DNA of 63,242 nt, filler included, from Intoshia linei (GCA_001642005.1; 4 parts of 4 records of this genome joined end to end with filler, not necessarily neighbours in it), one strand, 5' to 3'. Positions 13,093 to 27,427 are shown, numbered from the whole stretch's first letter. Notes: generated by a model not told the origin, from the sequence alone. Program-made: numbers and translations.

Positions 13093-13628
13093 ATTGTATA
13101 TAAACTATTTTTTATTTATTTGAGGGGTTCATCAATTTCATCTGCGTTTGATCTGACCACTTAAAAAACATAAAACCTTTTTAAGAGAATACAAAAAAGC
13201 TCAATCGGTATAGAAGATTATGAACCCTGACATTAGAATTTATAGTATGCATTTAAAAGAAAAAATTCTAATTTGCAAATGTCTTATGTAGGTTAAGTAC
13301 ATATTGCACTTAAAATTTAAATTTCATTATCTCTGTGTGTGATAAAATTTTAAATTTGTTAACATTTCTATATTTTCCAACTACTACAACTGCATTCTAA
13401 AAAATAAAAAGAATAAATTTCGTACTGCCTTGATCCCAAATAATGTAGATGAAATAAGAGTCCATATGTACATTTTCGGGACCCCTGGTTTAATATTAGA
13501 TTCCGAATCTACATGAATATATGCTAAATAAAGTATGGTTACTTAAATTAAAAGTTCAAAATGTACATAATACTTAAAAGTAATATAAATAAAGGTAACA
13601 TGTGCCAATTTCATTCTATTTAGTTATT

Positions 13629-14354
13629 ATGTATTTCTACATCAATTTGTTAATTTTGATAGTAGCTATCAGGGCTGATTTTAATGCGAATAATGATACA
13701 CGCCAAACATACCGTTACAATATTAAGGAAGGAAAGAAAATTTTGTTGATAATGGAAGTTGGACCATCAAAAAATTGTCTAGATACACAAATATGCTTCG
13801 TCAACCACCTTTACATGCTTAATTTGGTATCGACATTGAGCTCTGCAACCCCAATAAAATCTGCTTTGGACCGTATGTATGAGCAAATTAAAGTTCAGGC
13901 GCGCAGTCATCTCTCAAATAACAGAATGTATCCGGCCATTAGATGGAAATATATGAAATTTGATTTAACCATAAAGTTGCTAAAGTCGTACGGTTATAAT
14001 GATCTACATATATTAGATCAAAACAATATAAAATATATGATTAAAACGTATCTTGGTCTATATCAAAATGATACAGTATCGGATGGGTTTAAAGTTCATT
14101 TTGAAGGTGAAACGTTCCAGATAGAATCTGGACCTTTATATCGAATGCTGAAAATGAATAAAGAAACTGCACAAAAATATACTGAAACATATAGTTCATC
14201 CGTTTATATTAGACCTTATGACGGTATTCTCACTCAACATTATATGCTCCCTGAAGAAAATCAATTGCTCAAAAATTCTAGAGAGATGACGAAAGAATTG
14301 CATATGAAGGAGACATTACCCGCTAGTCTGGTTGAAAAGGAAAAAGTATCTTAA
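13629..14354 (+). CDS. Intronless orphan protein (~241 aa) with predicted signal peptide
   Basis: Long ORF in AT-rich DNA; first ATG at 13629 gives a hydrophobic leader MYFYINLLILIVAIRA|D; two NDT sequons; no family motif recognised. Confidence 0.7.
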   Translation: MYFYINLLILIVAIRADFNANNDTRQTYRYNIKEGKKILLIMEVGPSKNCLDTQICFVNHLYMLNLVSTLSSATPIKSALDRMYEQIKVQARSHLSNNRMYPAIRWKYMKFDLTIKLLKSYGYNDLHILDQNNIKYMIKTYLGLYQNDTVSDGFKVHFEGETFQIESGPLYRMLKMNKETAQKYTETYSSSVYIRPYDGILTQHYMLPEENQLLKNSREMTKELHMKETLPASLVEKEKVS

Positions 14355-16021
14355 AAGTTAAAATATGTTAAATTTTAATTAAAATTATTTATTTATTTTT
14401 TTGTTTTCATCTGCAATGATTATCAAATTTACTTTTCCCTTCAGCTATTAGTTTAAACTGTAAATCGACATTTTCTGATAATCGTATACTTTTCCAAGGT
14501 TGGCAAACAATTTCTTAAAGGTAAAATCGTGTTTTAATTTTAATTTAAATAGTATTTCAATTATTTTTCAAAACTGGAAATTTTTTCGTTCAATGTTATA
14601 CAAACATTATTTTCGAATGTCAAATCATATCACATGTACAATGTACATAGTAATCCTACCATTTGTCATAGAATTCGTATGTTTAAAATTTTATTAAACC
14701 TCATATGTGGGTAGTTGTGACTTTTCAGTACTGTCCACTTTAAGATCCGGGTTTTTTGAATAAAAATAAAGCCATGATTTACGATGTATTTCTATTTTTA
14801 GTTGTTTGAAAAATTTTTATAATTGTAAACTGATGATAAATTAACGGATTTCTTCAAAAATTGATAAGTGACAATCCAGAACCCATTTACGGTTGAGTCT
14901 GTGGAGATGGGTACTAGGGTCATACAATTTATTATTCTTAATTAGAAATCAATCGGAGATGCGTTTTATTATGTGCAAAAATATCTGCTCTAATCTAAAT
15001 ATTCTCGTCGAAATTCTTCTTTTTATGCTGTGTAAATAACCAGATCTGACACACCATATCTGAAATTCCGAATATATATCTCGACCTCTAAGACAGTGAT
15101 TCTTAACTAAGGCTACACTGAGCTGTTTTTATGTTTTTATTAATTACGTTAATAAATTAATAAGATAATTAAAAAAACCAGTAAGAATTGATGTATAATA
15201 TTAGACATAATTTTCCAATTTTAAAGAACAAAAAATTTAAAAACCCACTCTTAGATTTGATTTATTTCGTAATTTAATGCCGTATAGATGTTATTATTGA
15301 AAATTGTGGCAATAAATTTATTAAGTAGTTTAAATTAACGCTTTTAAACCACCGCTCCGCTGACAATATGCACAATATATATTTTAACGAAAAAAATAAG
15401 AAATATCGATGTCAAACGTTAACATTTTTAATTTCAATTTAGACAAAATTTTACATACCAAACTTTAATATTATGCAATTTAATTTATGATTTTTATCAC
15501 TTTATGGTCACAAGTTTATATACATGTAATTAATTTTTGAATCTTGTACAATGTACACATGTCATTCCAAAAAATATCTGTATTTACAGATTACATGTAT
15601 ATTAGAATTGATATATACATTGTAGTGTAAATATTATTGAAGGAAACATGAAGAGTAGTTGTGAATCCTTCAATGTCAATTCAGACAACCCCTAAACTCA
15701 CAATAAATAAATATAAAAATTGCTTACTTATAATGCATGATCGTTAAAATGTTACGGTTCTGCCCAATTTGCAATATACAATTCCATGAACCCTATAAAA
15801 CAAGAAATACTACATCCTAAGTTGAGGTTCCCAACGAATCAACATTTTATTAATTAAGCTCAGGGTACATGTCGTCTTTGACAACTCCTACTTAAAGATA
15901 TCAATACATTTTATAATATGTAGGAACTACAGTGTAGGGCCTTGATATGTAGTGCTAATTTCAATAATTCATTTAATTTTAATGAAAAATTATTATTATC
16001 TACTAAAAATAAAAAATATTA

Positions 16022-19000
16022 TCAATCTTTACAAATTTGAATATATGCATCTTTCCAAATACGTGAAATGATGGATAAATGATATTTGATTACATTGTAG
16101 TAATTCAGTTTTCCTAGACTGTAAATTTCAATGTAATTATTTTCATTTTTTGTATTATGATAAATAACAGTATTGTAGAATAAATTAGCTTCTTCGGTAT
16201 ACAAAAGTGATTCTTCAATATTTTGAATATTCAACAGACAAATATTAGAATAATCTAAGCGTTCTATACATTCGTCGTTTAAGGCACACACTAAATAATA
16301 AAAAATGTGATTTATAATTTTGCCACATCCTTTTTCCAATTTTATGGTTATATATATTTTTTTCAAATTTATTGTATTCTTTAAATCTTTAATGTCATCA
16401 TTATTGTGCCATTTAACCAACTTTACTACAATGTAATTTTCAAAATGTCGTTTTTTTATATTTGACAGAACTTGGGAAACCATTTCATTTGGAGCAAAAC
16501 ATTTACATTGTGCTGGTACTATAAATATTGGATCGTGGGCTGATTTGTTATTTTGGTTTTCTTGATTAGGAGTTACCTTGTAAATCAATCGTAAATCTGC
16601 TAATATATCAATCACCTAATTAATATAATTACAATATACACAAATGATAGGTACGACATAATGTACTCACTAAATTAATGGTTATCGATTTGGAGTTCTA
16701 GAATCTCTTGGGGTGCAAAACTATGATCGGAAACTCTGTTGCGAAAATTTAATGTTAGGATTGTGACAAAATTCATAAAAATACAAATATCCAAATTAGA
16801 CTCTGATTGAATAATGAAAAATTAAGATTAATACATTTCTAACCAATTAATATACAGAAAAATATTACAATTTCAAAAATAAACTCCTTCACGCTCAAAA
16901 ATGTACTATACTAAAATAGTAATATTGCAAACATTTTTTAAATTGCAAATATTACTATTATTATTACAAATAAAAAATATTCAATAAACCAAAGATCGGA
17001 AACCTTGATCCTTTGAATTGAAGGTTGGCCCTTTGAGTTAATAGGTAAATTATTTATTTTTAAACTTATAAATACAGTTTGAAACATTTTCTAATAAAAT
17101 TAACTCATTATAATCATTTCAATATTGAATTTTAAAATCTCCCTGGATTTTATTTTGTAGAATATACTAGAACCGTTTCTCTTTCATTAAAATTGAAATG
17201 TATCATGTGTAAATTTTCAAAAACGGGACTCGTAAAATTTTTTGATATCAGATATGATACCACTGTTTTACAAAACGTTACCGACCCCCGCAATAAACCT
17301 TACTTATATAAAATAATTTAGTTAAAAATGTATGTCTATTTATTTGTCTTTTTATTTATTTGTTACCATTTATTTAAGAAATTAATAAGCTTCGAGTTTT
17401 AAGAATACACATTTCTATTGTAGCGTTTCGAGTGATGGTGATGTTTTATCGTAAATTTCATCATAATAAATTGAGTCTTTTAAGGTCAAAACCCCAATTA
17501 TATTATTTTTTTTTTAAATTCAAACGAGTCCTAGAATTATAAAAAATACACAATCTGATAAACATTTTAAAACCATCAACAGTATGATAAGTTTTAATTT
17601 CAAAATTTTATATCTTCACGACCAAAATACAAATTAACCTTTTTTGTAAAAATAAAACATGTCCTAAAATTTTATAAAACATAAATTTTTAAAATCAAGC
17701 ATTATCATAAATGGCAATATCAAAAAAGTGCATTTTCATGTTCAAAACCAATATTACTCTTTTTTTTCAAAAATGATAATAGTCCTAGATTTAAACAACA
17801 TTACATATAAATTAATAAATTTATATCCAGTTGATATAATTAAAGTGAAGCCTTCACGACCAAAAAAGCAGTTTAGTATTTATGTTTGTTTTTTTTTTTA
17901 AACTTAATTTTTGTATTTTAAAAATTGTATAACAACTTAGCTTTTAAATTCATTTTTAATATTTTTTGACTACAGAATTACTCTAAAGCATTGATTTCCC
18001 ATTGAGGGTCCCTGGACCCCATGGAGTCAAAAACTATATTCCTGGGATCCGTGAGATTTAAATAAAATATAAAAAAAATTTATCAACTTTTGTTTATTTT
18101 TATGGGAGAATTTTTAATATTTATTACAGATTTGACAGATGTTGGGACTTGACCAATACATCATTATTTCAAAAGTCACACTTTTATCAATCATTAATAT
18201 AAAATAAAATATAATAAAAAATACAATTTGAAACACTGGTGAAAATCGACTTTTACCGATATTTTTTTGACAAAGTCCCTTTTTCCAATATTTTTTTGAA
18301 AAACCAATTTAATTAAATATTATCAGAAAAACCTCTTATTCCGACTTGAAAATAAAAATCTAATTTTAGCAATGCTTAAGAGAAATATCCTCTTTTTCAA
18401 ACATTTTTTTGAAAAATCCTATTTTACTAAATCTTATGAGCAATAACTTCCTAATACAAAATCCAATTTTACCAACCTTTAATGGAAAAATCGCCTTTTT
18501 CCAATATTTTTTTCAAAAAAACGATTTTACCAAATCGTATAAGAAAAACCTTCAATGTATTTATAAATACTTTAAAATGGGGATCCGTATAATATTTGAA
18601 TCTGGAACCACTGCCTTAAAGCACCATTTAAACATTTCATAAAAAATTACCCTTAAAAGGCATTTTTTTTAAATTGTGGATAGAAAAATAAACTTTATTA
18701 AATCCAGAATATTAAAAAAATTTAATTACAAATTTAACCGTAAACCACTCCTTTTTTAAATTATTACTAAAAAAAAGTACCCAAATGACAGTCTAAAATC
18801 ATAAAAATTAAATTATTAATAAAAACATCAAATTAAAAAATAACCATCAAATCTTAGTTCAATTTTTTTTTAAAAATGACCATAGAAATGACCAGTAAAA
18901 CATGCATTACATAGTATGCATATTAGGGGTGTGAACGAATTTTTATATCAAAAATGCACCCTTCCACCATATGAACATTTTATTAATATTAAATTTGCTC

Positions 19001-22000
19001 AATCTTACCTCTGAACTGTTTAAAAACCCCTGGGGCATCGCCTCTAAAGTTTTGAACAATATATCGCTCACAGTAACTAATATATGACAATTTTCTTAAA
19101 AATATTATTTTAAATATAAATTTTTTTATACAAATAGCTATAAAGATTATCGTATATTATACATATTATTATAAATTATCGTCTAGCGAATCATGAACGC
19201 CGAATTAATAAAAAAACCGATTCCAAGAGAAAACTGAAATAAATAAAAAAAAAAATATAAATTGAAAATTAATTGTTATGAAAATAATTATTATTATGAA
19301 ATTTACTATACAAAATAAATTAAATTTTGCTCATTATTCATATTTTGAAGTGCTTTGCTCCAGGGTTTTTTTTAATCTTTTTTATATAATTTTTTGATAA
19401 TTGTGTATCATTCAACCCTATCTTCCACGTATGAGGTGGCACTTTTGTATTTTCGCAAAAAAAGTGAAAAAATTCACACCCCTAATGCACTACATTACGT
19501 AATTTACACACATGTAACATTGATTTTAGAAATGTAATCAAATATAATAAAAAAAGTGCCCGCTTCCAAATATTGAATAGAACAACAAATTACCAAATTA
19601 ATATTTGCATCATTCTGATACTTTTGAATGTGAGTAAAATTAATATCTGCTGCAAAAATGGAACACAGATAAAGTCTCCTGGAGTACTGTCCATAATTTA
19701 AAAGATTAAATCTTTCTTTAACGAAACTTTCCCTGGACATGTTTGATATAAATTTAAAAATGAGATTATCATCATAATCTAAAAATGTTTCAATGTCGTC
19801 TCTATAAACACTTCTAACTATGAGCCTTAAAATGTGAGGTTTAAAAAAGATGTACTTATCGAGTAAAGGCTGTTGAGAAGCAATAATGACGGATGAATTA
19901 TGTAGCATTTGAATGGACCTTTCAATTAATTTTGTATACAATGCATTACTGTTTGTGACATTTGGTTCCTTGTTAACCTTCAAATACGAATCAAATATTA
20001 ATTGTACAAAGTCTTGACGATACATGTAAGTATCTTGTAAATTTTTTATTGTACTCGTAATAAAATTGTGTAATGTGGGGTTTACTTCATAGGATACTTT
20101 GTCTGTAGATTTAACAAATTTGTGTAAATCAATACAAATCATTTCTAAATTGAATATCAAAGATTTAATAGAATTTACATCGTTTGAATTTGAAACGAAA
20201 TAAACGTTCTGGACGAGTCGAGTGTTTTCACCAATATTACAATAATTAATTAAAGATTGGTATTGATCAAATTTAGGATCATTCAATGTTTTAGTGGTGT
20301 CATTTTCAATTTTAAAATTGTCGAGATGAAAATTGATTTCAAAGTTCAATTTTTCCAAGGTTTTTTGGATTTCAGTCATTTTATCAGAGTCTAGGAATAA
20401 ATTTATGGAAAGCCTAGCGTCTTTAATTTTTTTTTTCGATTTGTTGGGATTAGAGCCATCTTTACAAAACCATGAAGCGTGTGCAACTTTTCGTATTAAA
20501 CTTTGATGTGTTTTGAAATTTTTATTTATAATTGATTTTTTGGGTACCAAATCTTTTTTTTTGATAATTTCATTAATAATATCAATTTTCGTTCCAACTA
20601 AAACTATCGTACTGGATTCAGTCATCATTCTGATTTTTCGAATGTGATTCCCTATGAAATGATTAAAAATTGATTCCGAATTCATTTTCTCTTCCCTTAT
20701 ATGCGACATGTAATCATGCGTGTCAAATATGATGAGATATACTGATTTTTCATTGAAATACATAAATTGAGGATACGAAAAAATGTCTTCACTGCTTAAA
20801 TTGTATATAATGGTTTTAATTTTTCTTGGAGTAGTCCAAAGACATTGTTTAATAAAGCATTCGGTCGTTCTACGCAAATACGCAATAAAATTATTAGTTG
20901 CATTGTAATTTATGATTGATTCTGTATTAATTGAGGTTGAATTTGGAGTATTCTCTTTGATCAAATTTCTATTTGGTTTTGCCTGATTGATTTTCTTGAT
21001 AGGCACAGATAAACTGCATTTACTTTTAATCAAATTGGAAATTGTGTTACTAACTCCACAATGAGGTGAACCAAAAAAAATTAACTTTACCCTATTCAAG
21101 CTTTCAAAAGACTTGACACTTAAATCGGTTAAATGTTGCAAAATCGGTTCAATTTTATCACTTTTCCAAATATTTGGAGGTGGTGTTTCTAAAGGGTTTT
21201 TATGTAACCACAGCCCAATTTTTTTAAATCGGGCATATTCATGAACTCGGTCTAAATTTACCAAGTTTTCCAAGTTTAAATCCAAAAATGTAATGTCATT
21301 GTCACACAAATTTAATGTTGACAAATTTGTACATTCATACAGAGATGTCGGCAAATGAACCACCTTATTTGATTCAATAGAAAAAAACTCCAATCGCTTT
21401 AAATTACCAATATTTTCAGGTAAATTTTCAATTTTGTTAAAACCCAAATTAATGTATTTCAATTTTAACATGTTGCACATTTTAGTAGGTATCAGTCTAA
21501 TACGATTGTGATCCAAGTGTAAATTAACCAAATTTTTCAAATGTACAATATCATTATCAATACACTCAATCACATTTTTACACATGTTTAAGGTTTCGAG
21601 TGTTTCAATCATGTATATTGAATCTGGTATTATATTGAAATAATTTTCTGATAGTACCAATCGACTCAAATTTAAAAATTGAGTTTCAGGTAAATTGTTA
21701 ATGTGTGTTTTGGTTAAATCCAATTCTTGTATTGATGGTAAATCAAATATTACTGGTGGTAAATGCTCCGATTGTATTTTCCCGTTTTTTAGTAAAGTGT
21801 CCATGTATTCATCTACAGATGTACAGAATGAGAGGTAATTGATTTTTAAAATTTTCAATCTTTTCAGTTCAACTAATGTGTCGGGTAAACTGGTCATTTT
21901 ATTGCCCCATAATTTTAATATCGACAAATCTTGACAAAATGCCAATTCGGCTGGTAGAGTATCTATACCAGTTTCCTCCAAGTTTAGTTCTTTTAGATTG

Positions 22001-24122
22001 TCAAAATTTCCAATTCGTGTTGGAATTATAGTGAGTTTATTTCGGGACAGGTTTAATGTTTTTAATGATGTTAATTCGAAACATACTTGGGGTATATGGA
22101 TCAGATTACATTCTCGCAATGATAGGTATTCCAATTTTTTCAGTTTCATTAATGTCTCAGGCATACATGTGTTGTCGTTTGGGTGGGTACATTTTAGTGC
22201 ATTTTTTTGCAAATTTAAATGTCGTAAATTTTCTAAATTCCCCATGTTTTCAGGTAGTGAACGTATGTTGTTGAATGAGAGGTCCAAATGTGTCATTTGT
22301 GTTTCTATATAATAATAATATAATATGTAAAAAAACTCTGAGTCAACCCGATAATAAAATATATTCGTAAAATAATGTTTTATCATAAAAAAATAAATTT
22401 CCGCTAAATCATAATAACAAATTCTGACAATTATTTTATACAATTCTCGATTACATACCATTTTCGATACAAAAAGGATGAAAAAATTTAAAAATGAATG
22501 GTTTTAAATGGTATTTGTTAATAATTTTTTTCAGTTGGCTTTATAGTTATTTTACAGCCTTAATTTTAAAAAAAGGGATTTTAAGTTGAGAATAATGTTT
22601 TTTTATAAAATTTTAAATGTGAAATTATGAGTCATTTTTTGATAAAAAAATTAAAAAATGAAAAGTATTAGAGAAGGAAATTTATGAAAATTTTGAAAAT
22701 CTAGGACTATAATCATATAACAATAAACAAATCATATAAATATGCCGTACTGACCCGTTTATATAAAAATAAAAATAACTGGTTATTTATATCAGTATTC
22801 TCCACCCTTTTTCGCTTTTAACCACTACGATGGTATTGAAATTTAGAGTCCTAAATTTAAAAATACCCCAATTGCTAATACAGTTTTTCAAGAGTGATGC
22901 AGTATTTAATTATTATTAAATTCTACTATAACAAAGATATAAATAATACCTCATCAAAAAATTAAAACATTTTACAAAAAAACAATAAAATATAAAATCT
23001 ACGATAATAAATGAGTAGTATTATAGATATTACCTGTAATAAATATTATTTATCCATTGCGCCATGCTAATTTATAATAAAATCAACTTAATCATAAATA
23101 TTAAGGCCCAAATAGTTAATAGTATATTACAAGCAATATTTGTTGCTTTTTAATTTGTGTTATTTAATATATTTCATAAAAATCGTTGCATATTATCTTA
23201 CTTATGGAGAATCTGCATATTTCAATTCAAAACATGATGATGGTTCAGATCTTATAGGGATTTTTATTTTAATTTATATAAATTTATATTTTTATTGTTA
23301 TCAGCTCAAAATGTATTATATATCTAGCTAAAATCCTTATTTGGTAGGTTAATTTTAGTTTTTATTCAAAACGTTTCGATACTTTTTATTTTTTTGTTTG
23401 TCTCACAGGTTCCGTAGAAAAAATTAAGAAATACATTGGTTTCCTGTGTTATATTATATATAATACATATATACTAATATATTATACATTGTAATATGAT
23501 TTACACCTATATCATATTAAAAAACCCCAATTTCAATCTTAAAATTAAAAAAACATATAATCTGGGACTCGTTTGATATTCATTACCATGGTCATAAATC
23601 TTCGCCTCAGAAACTTACATCCTTATAGTCAAAATCCCAAATGACCCTATTTTTAAAAAATTAAAAAAGTTTTAAAATTTTATAAAACATAAATTCTATG
23701 ATAGTTTTTAAACCCCAAAAAAGTTCATGCTCCAAATCGATCAATGGTGAAACAAGTTTTTGAACCACAGGAAAAAAACTGTATACTACAATATATTCCT
23801 AATTTTAGTTTTTCTGGTATTTATGTTTTTTATTTGTTAGGTTTGTAATTATAATTTTTCATGAACCCCAAAAACTGATGTGGACCGCCAGGGTCCACAT
23901 GGAGCTCGTTTAGAATAGTTGATTTATATTTTATGAAATGTCCACCTGTCCAAGAAAATAAAAGCGTTGGATTGATTTTTAATACATTTTTAATTAGAAC
24001 AAATTACTGGACAATATCGCCATTGGAACATTGGTTAATCCTTTATTATTGTAGACTATATTTTTTTTAATATTCTCATCTTGATTATCTTGTTCAGTTT
24101 TGATATTAACGATTTGAATCAT
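16022..24122 (-). CDS. ROCO protein (LRR-Roc-COR), MFHAS1/MASL1-like, ~1140 aa
   Basis: Phase-compatible exons 24122-24008 (MIQIV...YNNKGLTNVPMAILS), 22304-19594 and 16615-16022. Exon 2 has ~14 LRRs, WLHKNPLETPP, Roc KLIFFGSPHCGVS, IIYNLSSED, SVYLIIFD, IVLVGTKID and the N-COR region. Exon 3 (VIDILADLRLIY..IFIVP..IFYYLVCALNDECIERLD) is C-COR-like. Extra 3' micro-exons at ~15640-16002 are possible. Confidence 0.85.
17298..17900 (+). mobile_element. Non-autonomous Helitron fragment in ROCO intron
   Basis: CCTTACTTATATAAA..TTAAAAATGTATGTC start; body similar to 31606-32019. Confidence 0.6.
17989..18613. mobile_element. Degenerate hAT MITE carrying the minisatellite
   Basis: Ends CATTGATTTCCCA / TGGAACCACTG; flanks CTCTAAAG / CCTTAAAG. 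Confidence 0.5.
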
Positions 24123-24732
24123 TTTGTTTACTAATATTTTCTAACAATTTAAAATACTAAAATCTGAAATAATTTCATTTTTTATGATCCTATATGAATG
24201 TATTGTTTATAATCAAATCATGTTTAATAAAAATTGCTTAGTAAGTATATAGAAAACAAATAGTGAAATTTAAAATATCTAAATTGTGCCGTGTAAAATC
24301 TACACTGTAGATTATGATGGATATTTTTTTGATAAAACGATAACGGCATTAAATGTATTCCGTTTTAAAAAATAATGATAATTGAAATATTAAATGTATA
24401 CTTTTTAAATATACCTAAATTTGAAGTAGATTTATTTTTAAATTAAATGTATTTTTTATCTATCACAGGTAATATCATTAAAATTTTTTTAAATAAATTT
24501 ACACATCATATTGTTTGGGCGGAATTTATTTAACAGATAATTTTTTATCATTACAATGATAACAAATTAAAATTAATCACGAAAATTGGTGGCAACGTTG
24601 ATCATCGCAGCGATATGATATTTTAGGTAACTTTTACTTACAATTAAAGTTTAAAGATCATATATTACATATCGCAAAACATTGAATCATAATATGGGTT
24701 TTTCATTCTCTCATTTCATTCATTCTCTAGAG

Positions 24733-25409
24733 CAGCCATTCTCAACGGGGTCCACAGCACTTTTTTGGGGTCCATGAAAATTATATACATTTATTACATA
24801 TTATAAACATTTTCAATAACATAAAGTCGTTTTTAAAACATAAAGACTCAGAAATACTAATTATATAACGTAAAAACCATGTAAAAGTAAATTCTTTGGT
24901 ATTAAATTAAATTACTTACAAGTGTAAAAACTTATTGGGAAACCTCCATTGTTCTATTTTAGGAGCAGCGTTTTTATTTAATTATTTAATTAAAATTTAT
25001 GACCGAGCCAAGTTTCTAGTCATAAAAAAAGCTTTAAATTTCAAATTGAAAATGGGACAAAAAATCAGTCAATATTCATGATTCTATGAAACATCAACCA
25101 AAGGATATAAAATATTAATTTTTCACAGGGAAGATAGATAATATAGACTTTTTATTGATCTGATAAAATATCTAGTAAACAATTAATAATATACTGTAAA
25201 CAATATCTGAAAAACATGTTCCATTTTGGGAACATTGACGGGTTAAAGGTTAATATTAATAGTTCATCAAGTTTATCATCTCGCAAAAATAGAGTATTCC
25301 ATGTCTTTTGACCATCATTCGTTTCACCCAAATGTAATGATTCATTAAAAATTGTCATTATTATTAATTTTTTTTAGGGTCCACAGCGAAAAAGGGTTGA
25401 GAATGCCTG
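24733..25409. mobile_element. hAT MITE, 677 bp
   Basis: TIR CAGCCATTCTCAAC / GTTGAGAATGCCTG; perfect TSD CTCTAGAG (24725-24732, 25410-25417). Confidence 0.9.
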
Positions 25410-25550
25410 CTCTAGAGCGACATTCATTTGAGCGATGTATTGTTGGAGCGATTTCTCTAAGAGCAACATAATCATCGATTTTACTAATTTATCATATCAT
25501 TGATTTTTTCAAAAATTTTTAGTGGGTTCTTGATACATATTTTATTATTA

Positions 25551-25755
25551 CAATCAATTCTTTTATATATGAACATCCTAGAATATGAACTCAGCTCAAT
25601 ATGAACACGACAATTTTGTTTGAACAAACATTGATTGGACATTTCGAAACTTTTAATTATATTATTATCGCCATTCATATATGTTCATATTACAGTATAG
25701 TATGAACATGATCAAAACCTGGTCCCTTCATGTTCATATAGAACAAAATTGACTG
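25551..25755. mobile_element. Tc1/pogo-type MITE (TA target)
   Basis: TA-CAATCAATTCT ... AAAATTGACTG-TA ends with ATATGAAC subterminal repeats; inverted copy at 54399-54585. Confidence 0.75.
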
Positions 25756-26509
25756 TATTTTTATTATCTTATATTCATTATTTTTGACCCGAAATTGCCT
25801 TCAAAGTTTTTAAAAAATCATAAAAAAATGATCCCATAATAATCCAATAAATTTTTCGTCATTGTAATTAATGAAACAACAAAAATATGGTCAAAAAATC
25901 AATATTATAATAAATTAACAAAATCGATGATTATGTTGCTCAACTTAATGTTCGCCGTTTTCACCTAGAAAATGGGTGCATAACGTGCGGCCGTAAGAGC
26001 GTTTATGTGCGGCCGTGGGCAATAAATCTGATCATAATGCAATATATCATTTTACTTCAAATTGAAAAGTTAAAATAAGATTATATTCAAGGTCTATTTA
26101 AAATATTTTAATCAAAAAGTTATATTCTTGACTTTGCCCCAGTTTCTCGAATGTTAGCTAAGGGCACACAAAATCAAGGCAGTCACTGATATCTTTTTTT
26201 ATGTCATTATTAGGGCGATTTTTTTTAACCTATAAAAACAAAAAAATTTAAATTACAAATCAAATTTATTTAACTTTTGGAAAAAAAATCACGTAGTGTT
26301 GTTTTTTTCGTTAAATTTTTTTCTAAACTGTGATGAAATCTCTTAGTCGCCATAATAATAATATTTCTGGGGCCTTGTCGGCTGTAGCACTGTTATATAA
26401 ATTTTAAGACATAATTTTATTGCCATTATTAGATAGTTGTCGTAGAACAAGCAGTGTTGTCTTATGTCCGTAAATATCTAATTCAGGGTTTCATAACCTT
26501 TTTTAAATT

Positions 26510-26609
26510 NNNNNNNNNNNNNNNNNNNNNNNNNNNNNNNNNNNNNNNNNNNNTTAATTAATTAANNNNNNNNNNNNNNNNNNNNNNNNNNNNNNNNNNN
26601 NNNNNNNNN
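26510..26609. other. Assembly spacer (N44-TTAATTAATTAA-N44)
   Basis: N run with a six-frame stop linker; same design as the other two gaps. Confidence 0.98.
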
Positions 26610-27427
26610 TATTTATAAAAATTTTTAGGATTGGACTGTTTTTACTTTATTTTTAATATTATATATTCATTCGTTCTTATAAATTTCAAAAAATGGAATC
26701 ACAAAATTGTTTGTAAAATTCTTTAGACAAATATTAACAAAATAAAATTAAGTGGAATAATTCAGTTTAAAGTAAAAAGGTAATGTGAAATGACGAGTCT
26801 ATGGAGAAACAAGTTTAGAAAACACTCCTTTAAAGGATTAATAAAAATAAATAGTAGCATTTTTAAGTAGGGTTTTATTATTATATTATTTTTTGAATGG
26901 AATTAAAAATATAATTTAAAATTATACAAGTTTAACTTAAAACTTAAATTTCAGATGGTCAGTGAAATGGTTAAATAAATAATTAAGTATCGTAAAAGCC
27001 TATGTCATAGTATTACAGTGTACAATAACAAAATGTTACTAGCAGAAGGTGATAAATAGCTATTTTCAATAATAATTGTCAATTGACCTATTTATCATAT
27101 ATCACTCCCCCGTAAAATTGTTTTAAAAATATAACTATAAAATATATAATCACAAGTGTTAAAAACGTTGGTGTATTTACTTTACAACGTAATGCATAAT
27201 CGTGTCAACATTGTTTGAATTTACAATGTTATATTTATATTCAATAAAATTTTATATGTAGATTGTACATTGTATTAACAGGAAACAAAATATCTAGTCT
27301 AAACTAAAAGAAACATTACATTGGACAGTGGAATTGAACCAAAATCGAAAATAAATAAACGACTAAATTCTCAAATATAATATCTTTGGATACATTTATT
27401 ATAAAATAATATTTGTTTAAATAAAAC

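Noticed and set aside
15640-16002. Possible extra ROCO 3' exons (LNELL..ALHCSSYIL resembles the MFHAS1 tail)
   Set aside because: I could not assemble a stop-free spliced frame, so it is left out of the model.
21998-22312. Plus-strand ORFs of 104 and 72 aa (also 8354-8536, 8930-9112, 51009-51278, 58340-58567, 60313-60561, and minus 3003-3185)
   Set aside because: Antisense shadows of real exons.
25152-25358. 68-aa ORF with an LRR-like LFLRDDKLDEL as a possible ROCO exon
   Set aside because: It lies inside a TSD-bounded MITE, and a better first exon exists at 24122-24008.
26554-26565. TTAATTAATTAA palindrome in the N runs
   Set aside because: Artificial linker, identical in all three gaps; adjacency across gaps, such as a GCLC-SelU redox cluster, cannot be trusted.
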